A stretch of 64,000 bases of DNA, from the NCBI GenBank assembly GCA_965203905.1, contig CBDBDQ010000005.1:3808001-3872000 (forward strand). Direction: 5' to 3'. Numbering within the stretch: position 1 is the stretch's first letter; each line of letters begins with the position of its first letter. Shown in pieces: positions 1 through 9,368 of this stretch. Source of the DNA: Spirochaetia bacterium (GTDB lineage: Bacteria; Spirochaetota; Spirochaetia; SZUA-6; Bin103). Both the position numbers and the translations under genes were made by a program. The notes beneath the pieces are model-generated. The model made no database searches, was not told the DNA's origin, and worked only from the letters and a program-made list of their open reading frames with translations.

Positions 1-951
1 GGCGGCGCCGAGCAACGCGGCGAGCGGCGGATTGAGGCGGTTCACGAGCCGCGCCGCGGCCGCCGCCGGAGTGGTCACCACCACCGCCGTGGCGGTCAGT
101 TCCTCGGCGTTGCCGGCCGCCGGACCCTCCAGGCGCAGGCGGTAGCCGCCGGCCGCGGCGCGGATGGCGGCTGCCGCGGTGCCGGTCCGCAGCGACCCGC
201 CCAGACGCGCCGCCAGCGCGGAGCTGAGTTGCTGCATGCCACCGGTGAGGCTGGCGAACGGGCTGCCGCGCAGGTGCGGTAGCTGCGCCGGGGGCGTGGC
301 GGCGGGACGACGCGCGCCGGAATGCGGCGAGAAGCCGTCCCGGGACGGCGGGGCGAGCAACGCGGGGAAGGTAGCCGCCAGGCTGAGCTGCCAGGGATCG
401 GCCAGATGAATGCCCGCCAGCAGCGGCTCGCCGAGCACGCGCAGCAGCTCCGCCCCGTAGCGGCGCTGGACGTAGGCGCCGACGCTCTGGTCCGCGCCGG
501 CGGCACGGCGCGGCGGCACCAGGGGATGCGCCAGCGCCCGCAGCCGGCCGGCCGGCGACAGCAGCGGCGAGCGCAGCAACGCCCACGGACGGGTAGGGTG
601 GACCAGCCGCATGCCGGCCGGGATCGGCACCAGCCGGCCGCGGCGCAGCACGTAGGCGCCCCGCGGCTGCAGTTGTGGGATCAGTGCGTCTGCCAGGCCC
701 AGCTCGCGGCACAGCTCGACCGCCGCCGGCTTGGCGGTCAGGAACGAGTCGGGACCGGCCTCGATCAGGAAGCCTTCGCGGCGCTCGGTGCGCAACTTGC
801 CGCCGGGCCGCGGCGCCGCTTCCAGCACCACTACTTCGAGGCGTTCGGCCGCAACGCGGCGCTGCAAGTAGTAGGCCGTGGCCAGGCCCGTGATGCCGCC
901 GCCCACCACCACCACGCGCCGGTGCGTGCCGGACGCACCCGGTTCGGTCAC
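1..951 (-). CDS. hemY: Coproporphyrinogen/protoporphyrinogen oxidase HemY (CgoX), runs off the window start
   Basis: Absent from the ORF track. GTG at 951 overlaps the hemH stop (GTGA). Translates MTEPGASGTHRRVVVVGGGITGLATAYYL (FAD-binding GxGxxG) and later EAGPDSFLTAKPAAVELCRELGL; last gene of the heme operon. Confidence 0.9.
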   Translation of the reverse strand, partial: MTEPGASGTHRRVVVVGGGITGLATAYYLQRRVAAERLEVVVLEAAPRPGGKLRTERREGFLIEAGPDSFLTAKPAAVELCRELGLADALIPQLQPRGAYVLRRGRLVPIPAGMRLVHPTRPWALLRSPLLSPAGRLRALAHPLVPPRRAAGADQSVGAYVQRRYGAELLRVLGEPLLAGIHLADPWQLSLAATFPALLAPPSRDGFSPHSGARRPAATPPAQLPHLRGSPFASLTGGMQQLSSALAARLGGSLRTGTAAAAIRAAAGGYRLRLEGPAAGNAEELTATAVVVTTPAAAAARLVNRLNPPLAALLGAA

Positions 952-1877
952 CCGAGTTCCGCGGCGGCGGCTTCCTGCACCCGGTCGGCCAGTACCTCGA
1001 TCAGCTCCGGATCAGTGCCCAGGGAGGGAGTGCGCGTCACCGTGACGCCGAGCGACGCGCCGAGTTCGCGCAGCTCGATGTCGATGTCGAACAGGATCTC
1101 GACGTGGTCGGCCACGAAGCCGAACGGCACCACCGTCACCTCGCGCACGCCGTCGCCGGCGGCGCCGCGCAACTCCTCCTCCAGCGACGGCCCGAGCCAT
1201 GCCCCGGGGCGCGCCCCGGCCGACTGGAAACACTGCCGCCACTGCCGTGGCTGCAGGCCGGCATGGGTCGCCACCTCCAGCGCCGAGGCGCGAAGTTGCT
1301 CCGGGTAGGGGTCGCCGCCCGCAACCCACGCCTCCGGCAGGCTGTGGGCCGAGAACAGCACCCGCGCCCGCGCCGGGTCGTCCAGCGAAGCACGCACCTG
1401 CAGCAGGTCGCGCGCCACGGCGGCGATGAAGCGCGGGTGGTCGCAGAAGTGGGAGACGAAGGCGAAGCGCGGCGCCGCCGGCAGCTCCGCGACCGCGGCG
1501 CGCACCTGGTCCTGGTAGGCGCCGACGCTGCGCCGGGAGTAGTGCGGGGCCAGCGCCACTGCCACCGCCTCGGTCACGCCCTGCTCGGCCAGCCGCCGTA
1601 CCGCCGGTGCGATGCGCGGATGCCAGTGTCGCATCCCGACCACCGCCACCGCCTCCACGCCCCGTGCCTGCAGCGTGCGCCCCAGGACGGCGGCCTGCCG
1701 TTCGGTGATGCCGCGCAGGGGTGAGCCGCCGCCGATCCGGCGGTAGCGCTCGCGGATCTCCGCCACCAGCGCCGGCGGCGTCGGCCGCCCGCCGCGAATG
1801 TCCTGCAGGTAGGCGCCCACGTCATCCAGGGAGTCGGGGCCGCCATAGGCCATCACCAGCACCCCGAGCCGGCTCAT
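948..1877 (-). CDS. hemH: Ferrochelatase (probably coproporphyrin ferrochelatase CpfC)
   Basis: Motifs MAYGGP, GGGSPL, GMRHWHP, LFSAHSLP, FQS...WLGP, FVADHVEILFDID. Confidence 0.95.
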   Translation of the reverse strand: MSRLGVLVMAYGGPDSLDDVGAYLQDIRGGRPTPPALVAEIRERYRRIGGGSPLRGITERQAAVLGRTLQARGVEAVAVVGMRHWHPRIAPAVRRLAEQGVTEAVAVALAPHYSRRSVGAYQDQVRAAVAELPAAPRFAFVSHFCDHPRFIAAVARDLLQVRASLDDPARARVLFSAHSLPEAWVAGGDPYPEQLRASALEVATHAGLQPRQWRQCFQSAGARPGAWLGPSLEEELRGAAGDGVREVTVVPFGFVADHVEILFDIDIELRELGASLGVTVTRTPSLGTDPELIEVLADRVQEAAAAELG

Positions 1878-2944
1878 GAGCCAGTCCCGTTCCCGCCGCG
1901 TGCGTCACCCGCCGCTGGCACCGGGAAGCCATGCACGATCTCCACCAGCCGTGCCACCGCATCCGGCGGGGTCTGCGGCAGGATCCCGTGCCCGAGGTTG
2001 AAGATGTAGCCCGGATCGGTTCCGGCGGCGGCCAGGACGGCACCGGCCCGCCGTTCCAGCACCGTCGGCGGCGCGAACAGCAGCGCCGGCTCCAGGTTGC
2101 CCTGCAGCGCCATCGGTTCCGGCAGCAGCCGTCGCACCGCCGCCAGGTCGACGCGCCAGTCCACGCTCAGCACCTCGCAGCGGAGGCCGGCCAGCAGCTC
2201 CAGCAGGCCGCCGGTCCCGGTGCTGAAGTAGATCAACGGGGCTCCCGCCGCCCGCACGCCGTCGCACACCTGCTGCACGTAGGGCAGCACGTACTCGCGG
2301 TAGTCGGCGGCGGCCAGCGCTCCGGCCCAGCTGTCGAACAACTGCAGTACCTGCGCCCCGGCCGCCACCTGGGCGGCAAGGTACTCGCTCACCATCCGCG
2401 CCAGCTTGTCCATCAGCATGTGCCACGCCTCCGGTTGCTCGAACATCAGCCGCTTGGTAAGGGTGAACTGGCGCGAGGTGCCGCCTTCTACGGCGTAGGT
2501 GGCGAGGGTAAACGGCGCTCCGGCGAAACCGACCAGAGCGACCGCCGGCGGCAGCTCGGCGCGCACCAGCTCCAGGGCGCGCAGCGTGGCGCTCACGTTC
2601 CGCTGCGGATCAGGTACCTGCAGCGCGGCGATGTCGGCCGGCGTACGGATCGGGTTGTGGATCGCCGGACTGGTGCCGTTGCCGAACGACACTTCGAGGC
2701 CCATGCCCATGAGGGGCGGCAGGATGTCGGCGAAGATGATGGCGGCGTCCAGGTCGAAGCGCCGCAACGGCTGCAGGGTGACCCTGGCCGCCAGCTCCGG
2801 GCTGCCGATGATGTCGAGCATGCCGTGACGGGCACGCAGCGCGCGATACTCCGGCAGGTAGCGGCCCGCCTGCCGCATCAGCCAGATCGGCACCCGCTCC
2901 AGCGGCTGGCGCCGGCAGGCGGCAAGCAGCGGAACGGCGCTCAC
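1874..2944 (-). CDS. hemE: Uroporphyrinogen decarboxylase
   Basis: PIWLMRQAGRYLPEY, AAIIFADIL, GFAGAPFTLATY, LQGNLEP, IFNLGHGI. Start moved to GTG 2944. Confidence 0.95.
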   Translation of the reverse strand: MSAVPLLAACRRQPLERVPIWLMRQAGRYLPEYRALRARHGMLDIIGSPELAARVTLQPLRRFDLDAAIIFADILPPLMGMGLEVSFGNGTSPAIHNPIRTPADIAALQVPDPQRNVSATLRALELVRAELPPAVALVGFAGAPFTLATYAVEGGTSRQFTLTKRLMFEQPEAWHMLMDKLARMVSEYLAAQVAAGAQVLQLFDSWAGALAAADYREYVLPYVQQVCDGVRAAGAPLIYFSTGTGGLLELLAGLRCEVLSVDWRVDLAAVRRLLPEPMALQGNLEPALLFAPPTVLERRAGAVLAAAGTDPGYIFNLGHGILPQTPPDAVARLVEIVHGFPVPAAGDARGGNGTGS

Positions 2945-2969
2945 GCGCAGCCGCCGGCGCCGGCAGGCA

Positions 2970-3674
2970 TCACGCGAACAGCTCGAGCGCGCTTGCCTCC
3001 GGGTGATGGAGCGCACTCGTCAGGGGCGTGTCGCGCTCGGTGTAGGCACGTGCCTCGGTGCTGCGCAACTGGTTCACCAGGTCGGAGAAGCGGGTCAGGT
3101 CGTCGGTCTCGTAGACCACCACGAACTCCTGGTCCTGCACCCCGACCGAGTAGAGCAGGAGCTGGGTGATGTCGGGGTACTCCTTTCCCACCCGGATGTG
3201 GCCGTTCATCATCCCCTGGCGGGTGTCGCGGCTCAGGGCGTACCAGGAGCTGGTCTTGACGAAGGGATAGATCACCAGGAAGGGCCTGCGGGCCGGGGTG
3301 AAGGGATCTATCTCCTGCGCGGAGCGGGTCCTGGTATAGGTGGAGGGGCGCGTGAAGCCCCACAGCGGCTGCTTCACTTCCAGCAGCGGACGCAGCGGCG
3401 CGAGCACCCCGGCGAAGTCGCGAAAGTAGGAGTGGACGCGATCCGGATCCGCCGCCCGCAGCGCGCTCCACAGCAGCAGGTCGGCGCTGTCGTGGAGAGG
3501 AAACACCTGGTAGAGGTGCAGGGCGTCGGCCACCCCGGCCAACCCCTCCCACAGTGCCTGTCGCTGCTGCCGGCGCGCGGCCGCGTCGAGTTGCCAGTAG
3601 GCGCTGGTGAAGCGCAGCAGGGCGAAGTGGCTGAGCGTGCGGGGCGTGGTGCGGGACGTTTCGGGGGCTGCCAT
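2970..3674 (-). CDS. chdC: Coproheme decarboxylase ChdC/HemQ (chlorite dismutase family)
   Basis: YPFVK (catalytic Tyr and Lys), WY, proximal His in NGHIRVG, and QLLLYSVG with Gln at the position of the chlorite-dismutase distal Arg. Lies inside the heme operon; ATG 3674. Confidence 0.85.
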   Translation of the reverse strand: MAAPETSRTTPRTLSHFALLRFTSAYWQLDAAARRQQRQALWEGLAGVADALHLYQVFPLHDSADLLLWSALRAADPDRVHSYFRDFAGVLAPLRPLLEVKQPLWGFTRPSTYTRTRSAQEIDPFTPARRPFLVIYPFVKTSSWYALSRDTRQGMMNGHIRVGKEYPDITQLLLYSVGVQDQEFVVVYETDDLTRFSDLVNQLRSTEARAYTERDTPLTSALHHPEASALELFA

Positions 3675-3691
3675 GGGTTCGAGCTCCTGGA

Positions 3692-4963
3692 TCAGGTCGT
3701 GTAATCTTCCTCGTGCGGCTCCGGGTCGGCGAACAGATCCTCCAGCACCGCACGATAGTGCTCCGCCTGCTCGCTGCCGGCTGCCGCGCGCAAGCGCTGC
3801 ATCGGTCGCCGCAGCAGCCGTTGCGCCAGGTTGTGGGCCAGTGACTCCACCACCCGGCGCTCGCGCGCGGAGAGCTCCGGCAGGCGGCGCCAGGCCCGTT
3901 CCAGCTCGGCATCGCGGGCGGCGCTGCCGAGCTCGCCGAGCAGGCGCAGGGTCGGCGTGACCGCGCGCTGCTGCAACCAGGCGCGGAAGCGCGCCAGCTC
4001 CTGCTCGATTGCGGCCTCGGCGTGCGGCACTTCGGCGGCGCGCGCAGCGTGGCTGGCGCGGGTAGCCTGCTCCAGATCGCCGAAGTCGTAGTAGCACACG
4101 CCGGCGGTGGCGGTGCCCTCCCGCCGTACGTTCTGCGGTAGTGCCAGGTCGACCAGGTGCAGTGCGCGCCGAGGTCGCGCGCCGGTTGCCGCGCGCAGCA
4201 TGCGGCCGTCGATGAACGGCTCCGGAGCGGCGGTGGCGGCAATGGCGAGGTCCGCTTCACCCAGGGCTGCCGCGCCGTCTCCCCACGGTACCGCCTGGCC
4301 ACCGCAGGCGTGGGCCAGCTCCTGGGCACGGGCGAAGGTGCGGCTGGTCACGGTCAGCCCGCCCACGCCGAGCGCATGCAGGCGCTCGCAGGCACGCCGC
4401 GCCATGGTGCCGGCGCCGAAGACGAGAGCCCGCGCTTCGCTCATCGATCCCACGTGCGCCGCCACCAGGTCGACCGCCGCCGGCGCCAGCGAGGTGGCGT
4501 GGCGGCCGATGGAGGTGACCGTGCGCACCCGCTTGCCGGCGTGAATGGCGGCGCGGAACAGCGCATGCAGCACCGGACCGGCGCTGCCCCGCTCGGTGGC
4601 CGCCGCCAACGCTTCGACCACCTGGTGCTGAACGTCGGTCTCGCCCAGCAGCATCGACTCCAGTCCCGCGGCCACGCGCATCAGGTGCCGCGTCACGGCG
4701 TCGCCGCGCAGTTCCGTGACGGCGTGGGAGGCGTCCGGCGGGAGCTGCTCCCGCAGCAGAGCCTGCACCAGCTCGCCGTTGGCCTGAAAGGCGTACACCT
4801 CGCAGCGATGGCAGGTGGCAAGCAGCGCCCACTCGGGGCGCTGCCCGTTGGCGTGCGCCATGAGCCGGGCGAACCGGCCCGGCAGGGTAGTGGCGGCGGC
4901 TGCCGCTGCGCTTGCCAGGGACTGGTCAAGGGGTCGATAATCGAGGAGCCAGGCGCGAATCAT
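3692..4963 (-). CDS. hemA: Glutamyl-tRNA reductase (divergent)
   Basis: TCHRCE catalytic Cys, HLMRVAAGLESMLLGE, GKRVRTVT, GAGTMA, DLALPQNV, C-terminal dimerisation helices. Confidence 0.9.
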   Translation of the reverse strand: MIRAWLLDYRPLDQSLASAAAAAATTLPGRFARLMAHANGQRPEWALLATCHRCEVYAFQANGELVQALLREQLPPDASHAVTELRGDAVTRHLMRVAAGLESMLLGETDVQHQVVEALAAATERGSAGPVLHALFRAAIHAGKRVRTVTSIGRHATSLAPAAVDLVAAHVGSMSEARALVFGAGTMARRACERLHALGVGGLTVTSRTFARAQELAHACGGQAVPWGDGAAALGEADLAIAATAAPEPFIDGRMLRAATGARPRRALHLVDLALPQNVRREGTATAGVCYYDFGDLEQATRASHAARAAEVPHAEAAIEQELARFRAWLQQRAVTPTLRLLGELGSAARDAELERAWRRLPELSARERRVVESLAHNLAQRLLRRPMQRLRAAAGSEQAEHYRAVLEDLFADPEPHEEDYTT

Positions 4964-4981
4964 GCGTGCTCGGTCGCGTAC

Positions 4982-5011
4982 AAGATATATAGGATTTTAT
5001 TCGATTCGCAA
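4982..5011 (-). promoter_or_regulatory. Putative sigma70 promoter of the heme operon, overlapped by direct repeats
   Basis: Minus strand TTGCGA (5011-5006), 18 nt, TATCTT (4987-4982) in an AT-rich 66-bp divergent intergenic region. Confidence 0.55.
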
Positions 5012-5029
5012 GCCAGTGGAGTGGTGCCG

Positions 5030-5683
5030 TTGAAACCGGTCGCGGATCCCGGACTGCTTACCATTCGGCAAGCGGCGGAATTACTGGGCGTGCACCCGCT
5101 GACGCTGCGCAACTGGAGCGAGAAGGGCGCAGTGCCCTGTCTGCGCACGCCCGGCGGCCACCGCCGTTTTCGGCCGCAGGATCTGCAGCGGATGCTGGCC
5201 GCGCCGCAGGAAGACCCTGCCACCGCGGCCGCAATCGTTCAGATGGTGCGGCGCGCGGTGAGCGCCGCGGTGGCCGCGCCCCGGCGCGGCACATCGTCCA
5301 CGGCCCTGCACACCATGCGGGTGGACCTGACCGGGAGCCAGCGCCGCTCGCTGGCGGAAATCGGACGCGCGCTGTTGAGTCTGCTGATCCAATACGCGGT
5401 TCCGCACGCACCGGCGGCGCGCGGCGAGGCGGCGCCTTCCGGGACGCTGCTGCGCCGCGCGCGGCAGCTCGGGCGCAGCTACGGCATGGCGGCGCGGCGC
5501 CTGGATCTGTCGCCGTCAGCCGTGGTGGCGACCTTCAGCTTCTTTCAGGAGACCGTGGTTGCGGCGCTGGCGGAGTGCGAGGCACTCGACTACCCGCGGC
5601 TGAACCGCCTGTTCAGCGTCGTCCTGCTGGCAGCCGTCGCCGCCTCCGAAGGCAACGCCGGCAACGATGTTGCAGCACCTTAA
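5030..5683 (+). CDS. BldC/Xis-type (MerR-superfamily) HTH regulator with an uncharacterised helical C-terminal domain
   Basis: LLTIRQAAELLGVHPLTLRNWSEKGAVPCLRTPGGHRRF. TTG 5030 has GGAG 8 nt upstream; divergent from hemA. Confidence 0.85.
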   Translation: MKPVADPGLLTIRQAAELLGVHPLTLRNWSEKGAVPCLRTPGGHRRFRPQDLQRMLAAPQEDPATAAAIVQMVRRAVSAAVAAPRRGTSSTALHTMRVDLTGSQRRSLAEIGRALLSLLIQYAVPHAPAARGEAAPSGTLLRRARQLGRSYGMAARRLDLSPSAVVATFSFFQETVVAALAECEALDYPRLNRLFSVVLLAAVAASEGNAGNDVAAP

Positions 5684-5771
5684 CGCCGCGTTAACCGGGT
5701 GGCAACTTCGCAGTGGTTCCCTCACGGTATCACTACCACTAGCGACACCCATAGCGGAGGGCTCCGTAACC

Positions 5772-7286
5772 GTGGATGACAGATTTCCCACTCGCTTTGC
5801 ACCACGCGTCATCGGTGTAGTCGCGGCACTCCTGGTGGCGAGCGCCGGGCTGGCGGGTGCCGTCGGCGTATTCGACAACGGAGACGACTCGGGCGCGCCT
5901 TACTTCGAGGCGTATCCCGCCGCCGATCCGCCGCCCGCGACACCTCCGGCGAGCCCCGCGGCGGTCGGGCAGATTTCCGGACTCGCCCTGCTGCAGCAGA
6001 TTCAGGACTCGTTTCGGCGGGTCGCGGCCGCGGTGATGCCGGTGGTGGTCAAGATCGACACCACGGTGCCGGCGGGCAGCGTGCGCCGCTTCGGCCGCAA
6101 TCCCCAGCCGCTGCCGGAGTTCGGACAGCCGGGCGGCACCGGCTCGGGCATCATCGTGAGCAACAGCGGTGCGCTCTACTACGTACTGACCAACAACCAC
6201 GTGATCGCCAACTCCGAGAGCATCACCGTGACCCTGGACGACGGCCGCGACTTCGACGCGCAACTGGTAGGACGCGATCCGCGCCAGGACATCGCGGTGG
6301 TGTCGTTCCGCGGCCCGCGCGAGTTGCCGATCGCCCGCCTTGGCGATTCGAGCCAACTGGTGGTGGGCGACCTGGTGCTGGCGGTGGGCAGCCCGTTCGG
6401 ATTCCAGTCCACCGTCACCTCCGGCATCGTCAGCGCGCTGGGACGCGAGACATCCGGCAACCTCGACGGCGGAATCAACATCGCCCAGTACATCCAGACC
6501 GATGCCGCCATCAACCCGGGGAACTCGGGTGGTGCGCTGGTAAACCTGCGCGGCGAGGTGATCGGCGTCAACACCTGGATCGCGTCCCGTGGCGGCGGCA
6601 GCGTCGGGGTCGGATTCGCCCTGCCGATCAACGCCGCCAAGCAGGGAGCCCGCGACCTGATCGAGTCCGGCGCCGTACGTTACGGCTACCTGGGCGTGTT
6701 CGTGAGTTCGGCGAGCAACGCGATGCGCAGGGCGCTGGGGGTCACCGAGGTGGACGGTGCGCTGGCCTGGAGCGTGATCGAGAAGTCGCCGGCGGCACGC
6801 GGCGACCTGCGGCCGGGCGACTGGGTGACCCACGTCGACGGGGCGGCGGTCAGCAGCAGCGCGGAGCTGATCCGCGCGGTGGGCGCGCTGGAGCCGGGCC
6901 GCGAGAGCCGCTTCGAGGTGATCCGCGACGGCAAGCCGGTGCAGTTGCGGCTGCGCGTGGCGCTGCGTGACGACAGCGACGACCGCACCCCGCGCAACTG
7001 GCCCGGGATCTTTCCGGTGCACATCTTCTCGGATCAGCTCACCGACGAAATGCGCGAGCAGTTCGGCATCGGTAACCGGCGCGGCGTGCTCGTGGGGCAG
7101 GTTCACGAGTCCGGCGCCGCCGCCGCGGCCGGATTCCGGCGTCGCGATTTCATCACCCACATCGACGGCAACGCCATCCGCGACGCTGCCGACTTCTACC
7201 GCGCGCTGGCCAAGGGGGACGCCGGCGAGTACCAGGTCAGCATCGTGCGCAATCGCCAGGAGATGACCATCACCCTGCGGCCGTAG
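5772..7286 (+). CDS. htrA: HtrA/DegP (Do family) serine protease with two PDZ domains
   Basis: Catalytic triad motifs TNNHV, DIAV, QTDAAINPGNSGG; N-terminal hydrophobic segment; GGAGG before GTG 5772. Confidence 0.92.
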   Translation: MDDRFPTRFAPRVIGVVAALLVASAGLAGAVGVFDNGDDSGAPYFEAYPAADPPPATPPASPAAVGQISGLALLQQIQDSFRRVAAAVMPVVVKIDTTVPAGSVRRFGRNPQPLPEFGQPGGTGSGIIVSNSGALYYVLTNNHVIANSESITVTLDDGRDFDAQLVGRDPRQDIAVVSFRGPRELPIARLGDSSQLVVGDLVLAVGSPFGFQSTVTSGIVSALGRETSGNLDGGINIAQYIQTDAAINPGNSGGALVNLRGEVIGVNTWIASRGGGSVGVGFALPINAAKQGARDLIESGAVRYGYLGVFVSSASNAMRRALGVTEVDGALAWSVIEKSPAARGDLRPGDWVTHVDGAAVSSSAELIRAVGALEPGRESRFEVIRDGKPVQLRLRVALRDDSDDRTPRNWPGIFPVHIFSDQLTDEMREQFGIGNRRGVLVGQVHESGAAAAAGFRRRDFITHIDGNAIRDAADFYRALAKGDAGEYQVSIVRNRQEMTITLRP

Positions 7287-7357
7287 CGCCCGGCGCCGGC
7301 GGCGCTGCCGCAGTGGCGCGTTGACAGGCCGGCGCCTGCCGGATTGGATACCCCGCG

Positions 7358-8200
7358 ATGACTGTGCAGTGGAACCCGCGCCGGGTCAGCGCCTTCGCCG
7401 ACGAGATCGGCGACGAGCTGGAGCTGCAGATCGAGGTGCTCGCCGCCAACGGCGTGGGCAACATCGAGTTGCGCGGCGTGTGGGGCAAGAACGTACTGGA
7501 GCTGTCCGCCGGCGAGGCACGGCGGGTCAGGGATGCGGCGCTGCAGGCCGGTGTTGGCTTCTCGGCGGTGGGCTCGCCGATCGGCAAGTTTCCGGTGGCG
7601 GGCGACTTCGCCGAGGAGCGCGAGCGCATGCGCCGGGCTCTGGAGTTCGCCGCGCTGCTGGAGGCGCCGTACGTGCGCATCTTCTCTTACTACATCCCCG
7701 CGGGCGAGGATGCGGCCGCGTACCGCGGCCAGGTGCTCGACCGGCTCGGCGAGCTGGTGGCACTGGCGGAAACCACGGACATCCGGCTGGCGCACGAGAA
7801 CGAACGTCACATCTACGGCGACGTGTGCAGCCGGGTGCTGGATCTGCTGGAGAACATCGACTCCTCCGCGTTCACCGGGATCTTCGACTTTGCCAACTTC
7901 GTGGTGTGCGGCGAGGACCCCTACTCCTGCTGGCAGCGGGTGCGGCGCCATATCAGCTACTTTCACGTCAAGGACGCCGTGGCAGCGACCCGCACGGTGG
8001 TCCCCGCCGGCGCCGGTGACGGCGCGGTGGCGCGCATCCTCGGCGAGGCGTACGCCGCGGGCTTCGACGGCTTCCTCACGCTGGAGCCCCACCTCAATGT
8101 AGCTACAGGTAGCTACGGAAGGACTTCGCCCGCGCGATTCAAGATTGCCGCCGACGCGCTGAAACAGGTGCTGGCGGGACTCGGAGGCGACACCCCGTGA
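7358..8200 (+). CDS. Sugar-phosphate isomerase/epimerase (xylose isomerase-like TIM barrel)
   Basis: SAFADEI, GSPIGK, HENE, FDFANF, FHVKDA, TLEPH metal-binding motifs. Confidence 0.85.
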   Translation: MTVQWNPRRVSAFADEIGDELELQIEVLAANGVGNIELRGVWGKNVLELSAGEARRVRDAALQAGVGFSAVGSPIGKFPVAGDFAEERERMRRALEFAALLEAPYVRIFSYYIPAGEDAAAYRGQVLDRLGELVALAETTDIRLAHENERHIYGDVCSRVLDLLENIDSSAFTGIFDFANFVVCGEDPYSCWQRVRRHISYFHVKDAVAATRTVVPAGAGDGAVARILGEAYAAGFDGFLTLEPHLNVATGSYGRTSPARFKIAADALKQVLAGLGGDTP

Positions 8201-9366
8201 AGTTGCACGAGTATCAGGCCAAGGAGCTGCTGGCGCGCTACGGCGTGAGCGTGCCGCGCGGCCGGGTGGCGCGCAGCGCCGCGGAGGCGGAGGAGGCGGC
8301 CGCCGAGCTGGCGGGCGCCTGCGTGGTCAAGGCCCAGGCCCACACCGGCGCCCGCGGCAAGGCGGGGGGCATCAGGCTGGTCGCCTCCGCGGCGGAGGCG
8401 GGAGCGGCGGCGCGGGAGCTGCTGGGCACGCGGCTGGTGACCAACCAGACCGGTCCCGCCGGCCTGCCGGTAGCGGCGCTGCTGGTGGAGGAGCGCATCG
8501 CCATCTCCCGCGAGCTCTATCTGAGCGTGGCGATCGACAACTCGGCGGGCATGCCGGTGGTGATCGCTTCCGCGGCCGGCGGCATGGAGATCGAAGAGGT
8601 GGCCGCGGCGCAACCGGAGGCGATTCACCGCGTCTACGTCGATCCCACCTGCGGGCTGCAGCCGTTCCAGGCCCGGGCGCTGGCCTTCGCCGCCGGTCTC
8701 GACGGCGAGCTGCTGCTGCCCGCGACCCGTCTGATCGGTGCCGTCGTGGCGGCGTTCGAGGCCAGTGACGCCGGCATGGTGGAGGTCAATCCCCTGGTGG
8801 TCACCGCGGACGGCCGACTGCTGGCCGGCGACGCCAAGTTCAGCGTCGACGACAATGCCCTGTTCCGGCAGCCGGAGCTGGCCGGGCTGCGCGACCGCAG
8901 CCAGGAGGAGGAACGGGAGCTGCAGGCGCACGACGCCGGGATCGACAACTACGTCAAGCTGGACGGGACCATCGGCTGCCTGGTGAACGGCGCCGGACTG
9001 GCGATGGCGACGTTGGATGCGATCAAGCTGGCCGGCGGCGAGCCGGCCAACTTCCTCGACATCGGCACCGCCAACCGGCAGGAGGCGGTGGTCGCCGCGC
9101 TCGCCATCATCGGCGCCGACCCCGACGTGCGCGCGGTGCTGATCAACATCTTCGGCGGCCTGGCGCGCACCGACGTGATCGCCGCCGGCTTGGTGGAGGC
9201 GAAGGCGCGCGGCGACCTGCCACAGCCCACCGTGGTGCGGCTGGCGGGCACCAACGTCGAGCAGGGTCTCGCCGTGCTCGATGCGGCCGGGATCGAGCTG
9301 ATCCGCGCCGACGGATTCGCCCAGGCGGCGCGTGCCGCCGTGGACGCCGCGCGCCCGGGAGGCTGA
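8197..9366 (+). CDS. sucC: Succinyl-CoA synthetase beta subunit
   Basis: [40 protein letters not shown]. Confidence 0.95.
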   Translation: MKLHEYQAKELLARYGVSVPRGRVARSAAEAEEAAAELAGACVVKAQAHTGARGKAGGIRLVASAAEAGAAARELLGTRLVTNQTGPAGLPVAALLVEERIAISRELYLSVAIDNSAGMPVVIASAAGGMEIEEVAAAQPEAIHRVYVDPTCGLQPFQARALAFAAGLDGELLLPATRLIGAVVAAFEASDAGMVEVNPLVVTADGRLLAGDAKFSVDDNALFRQPELAGLRDRSQEEERELQAHDAGIDNYVKLDGTIGCLVNGAGLAMATLDAIKLAGGEPANFLDIGTANRQEAVVAALAIIGADPDVRAVLINIFGGLARTDVIAAGLVEAKARGDLPQPTVVRLAGTNVEQGLAVLDAAGIELIRADGFAQAARAAVDAARPGG

Positions 9367-9368
9367 AG

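Noticed and set aside
2970-3674. Chlorite dismutase call
   Set aside because: Lacks the distal Arg (Gln instead), keeps the ChdC Tyr/Lys, and lies in a heme operon.
4157-5029. Long N-terminal extension of the HTH regulator ORF (508 aa)
   Set aside because: Overlaps hemA antisense; an RBS and the HTH place the start at about 5030.
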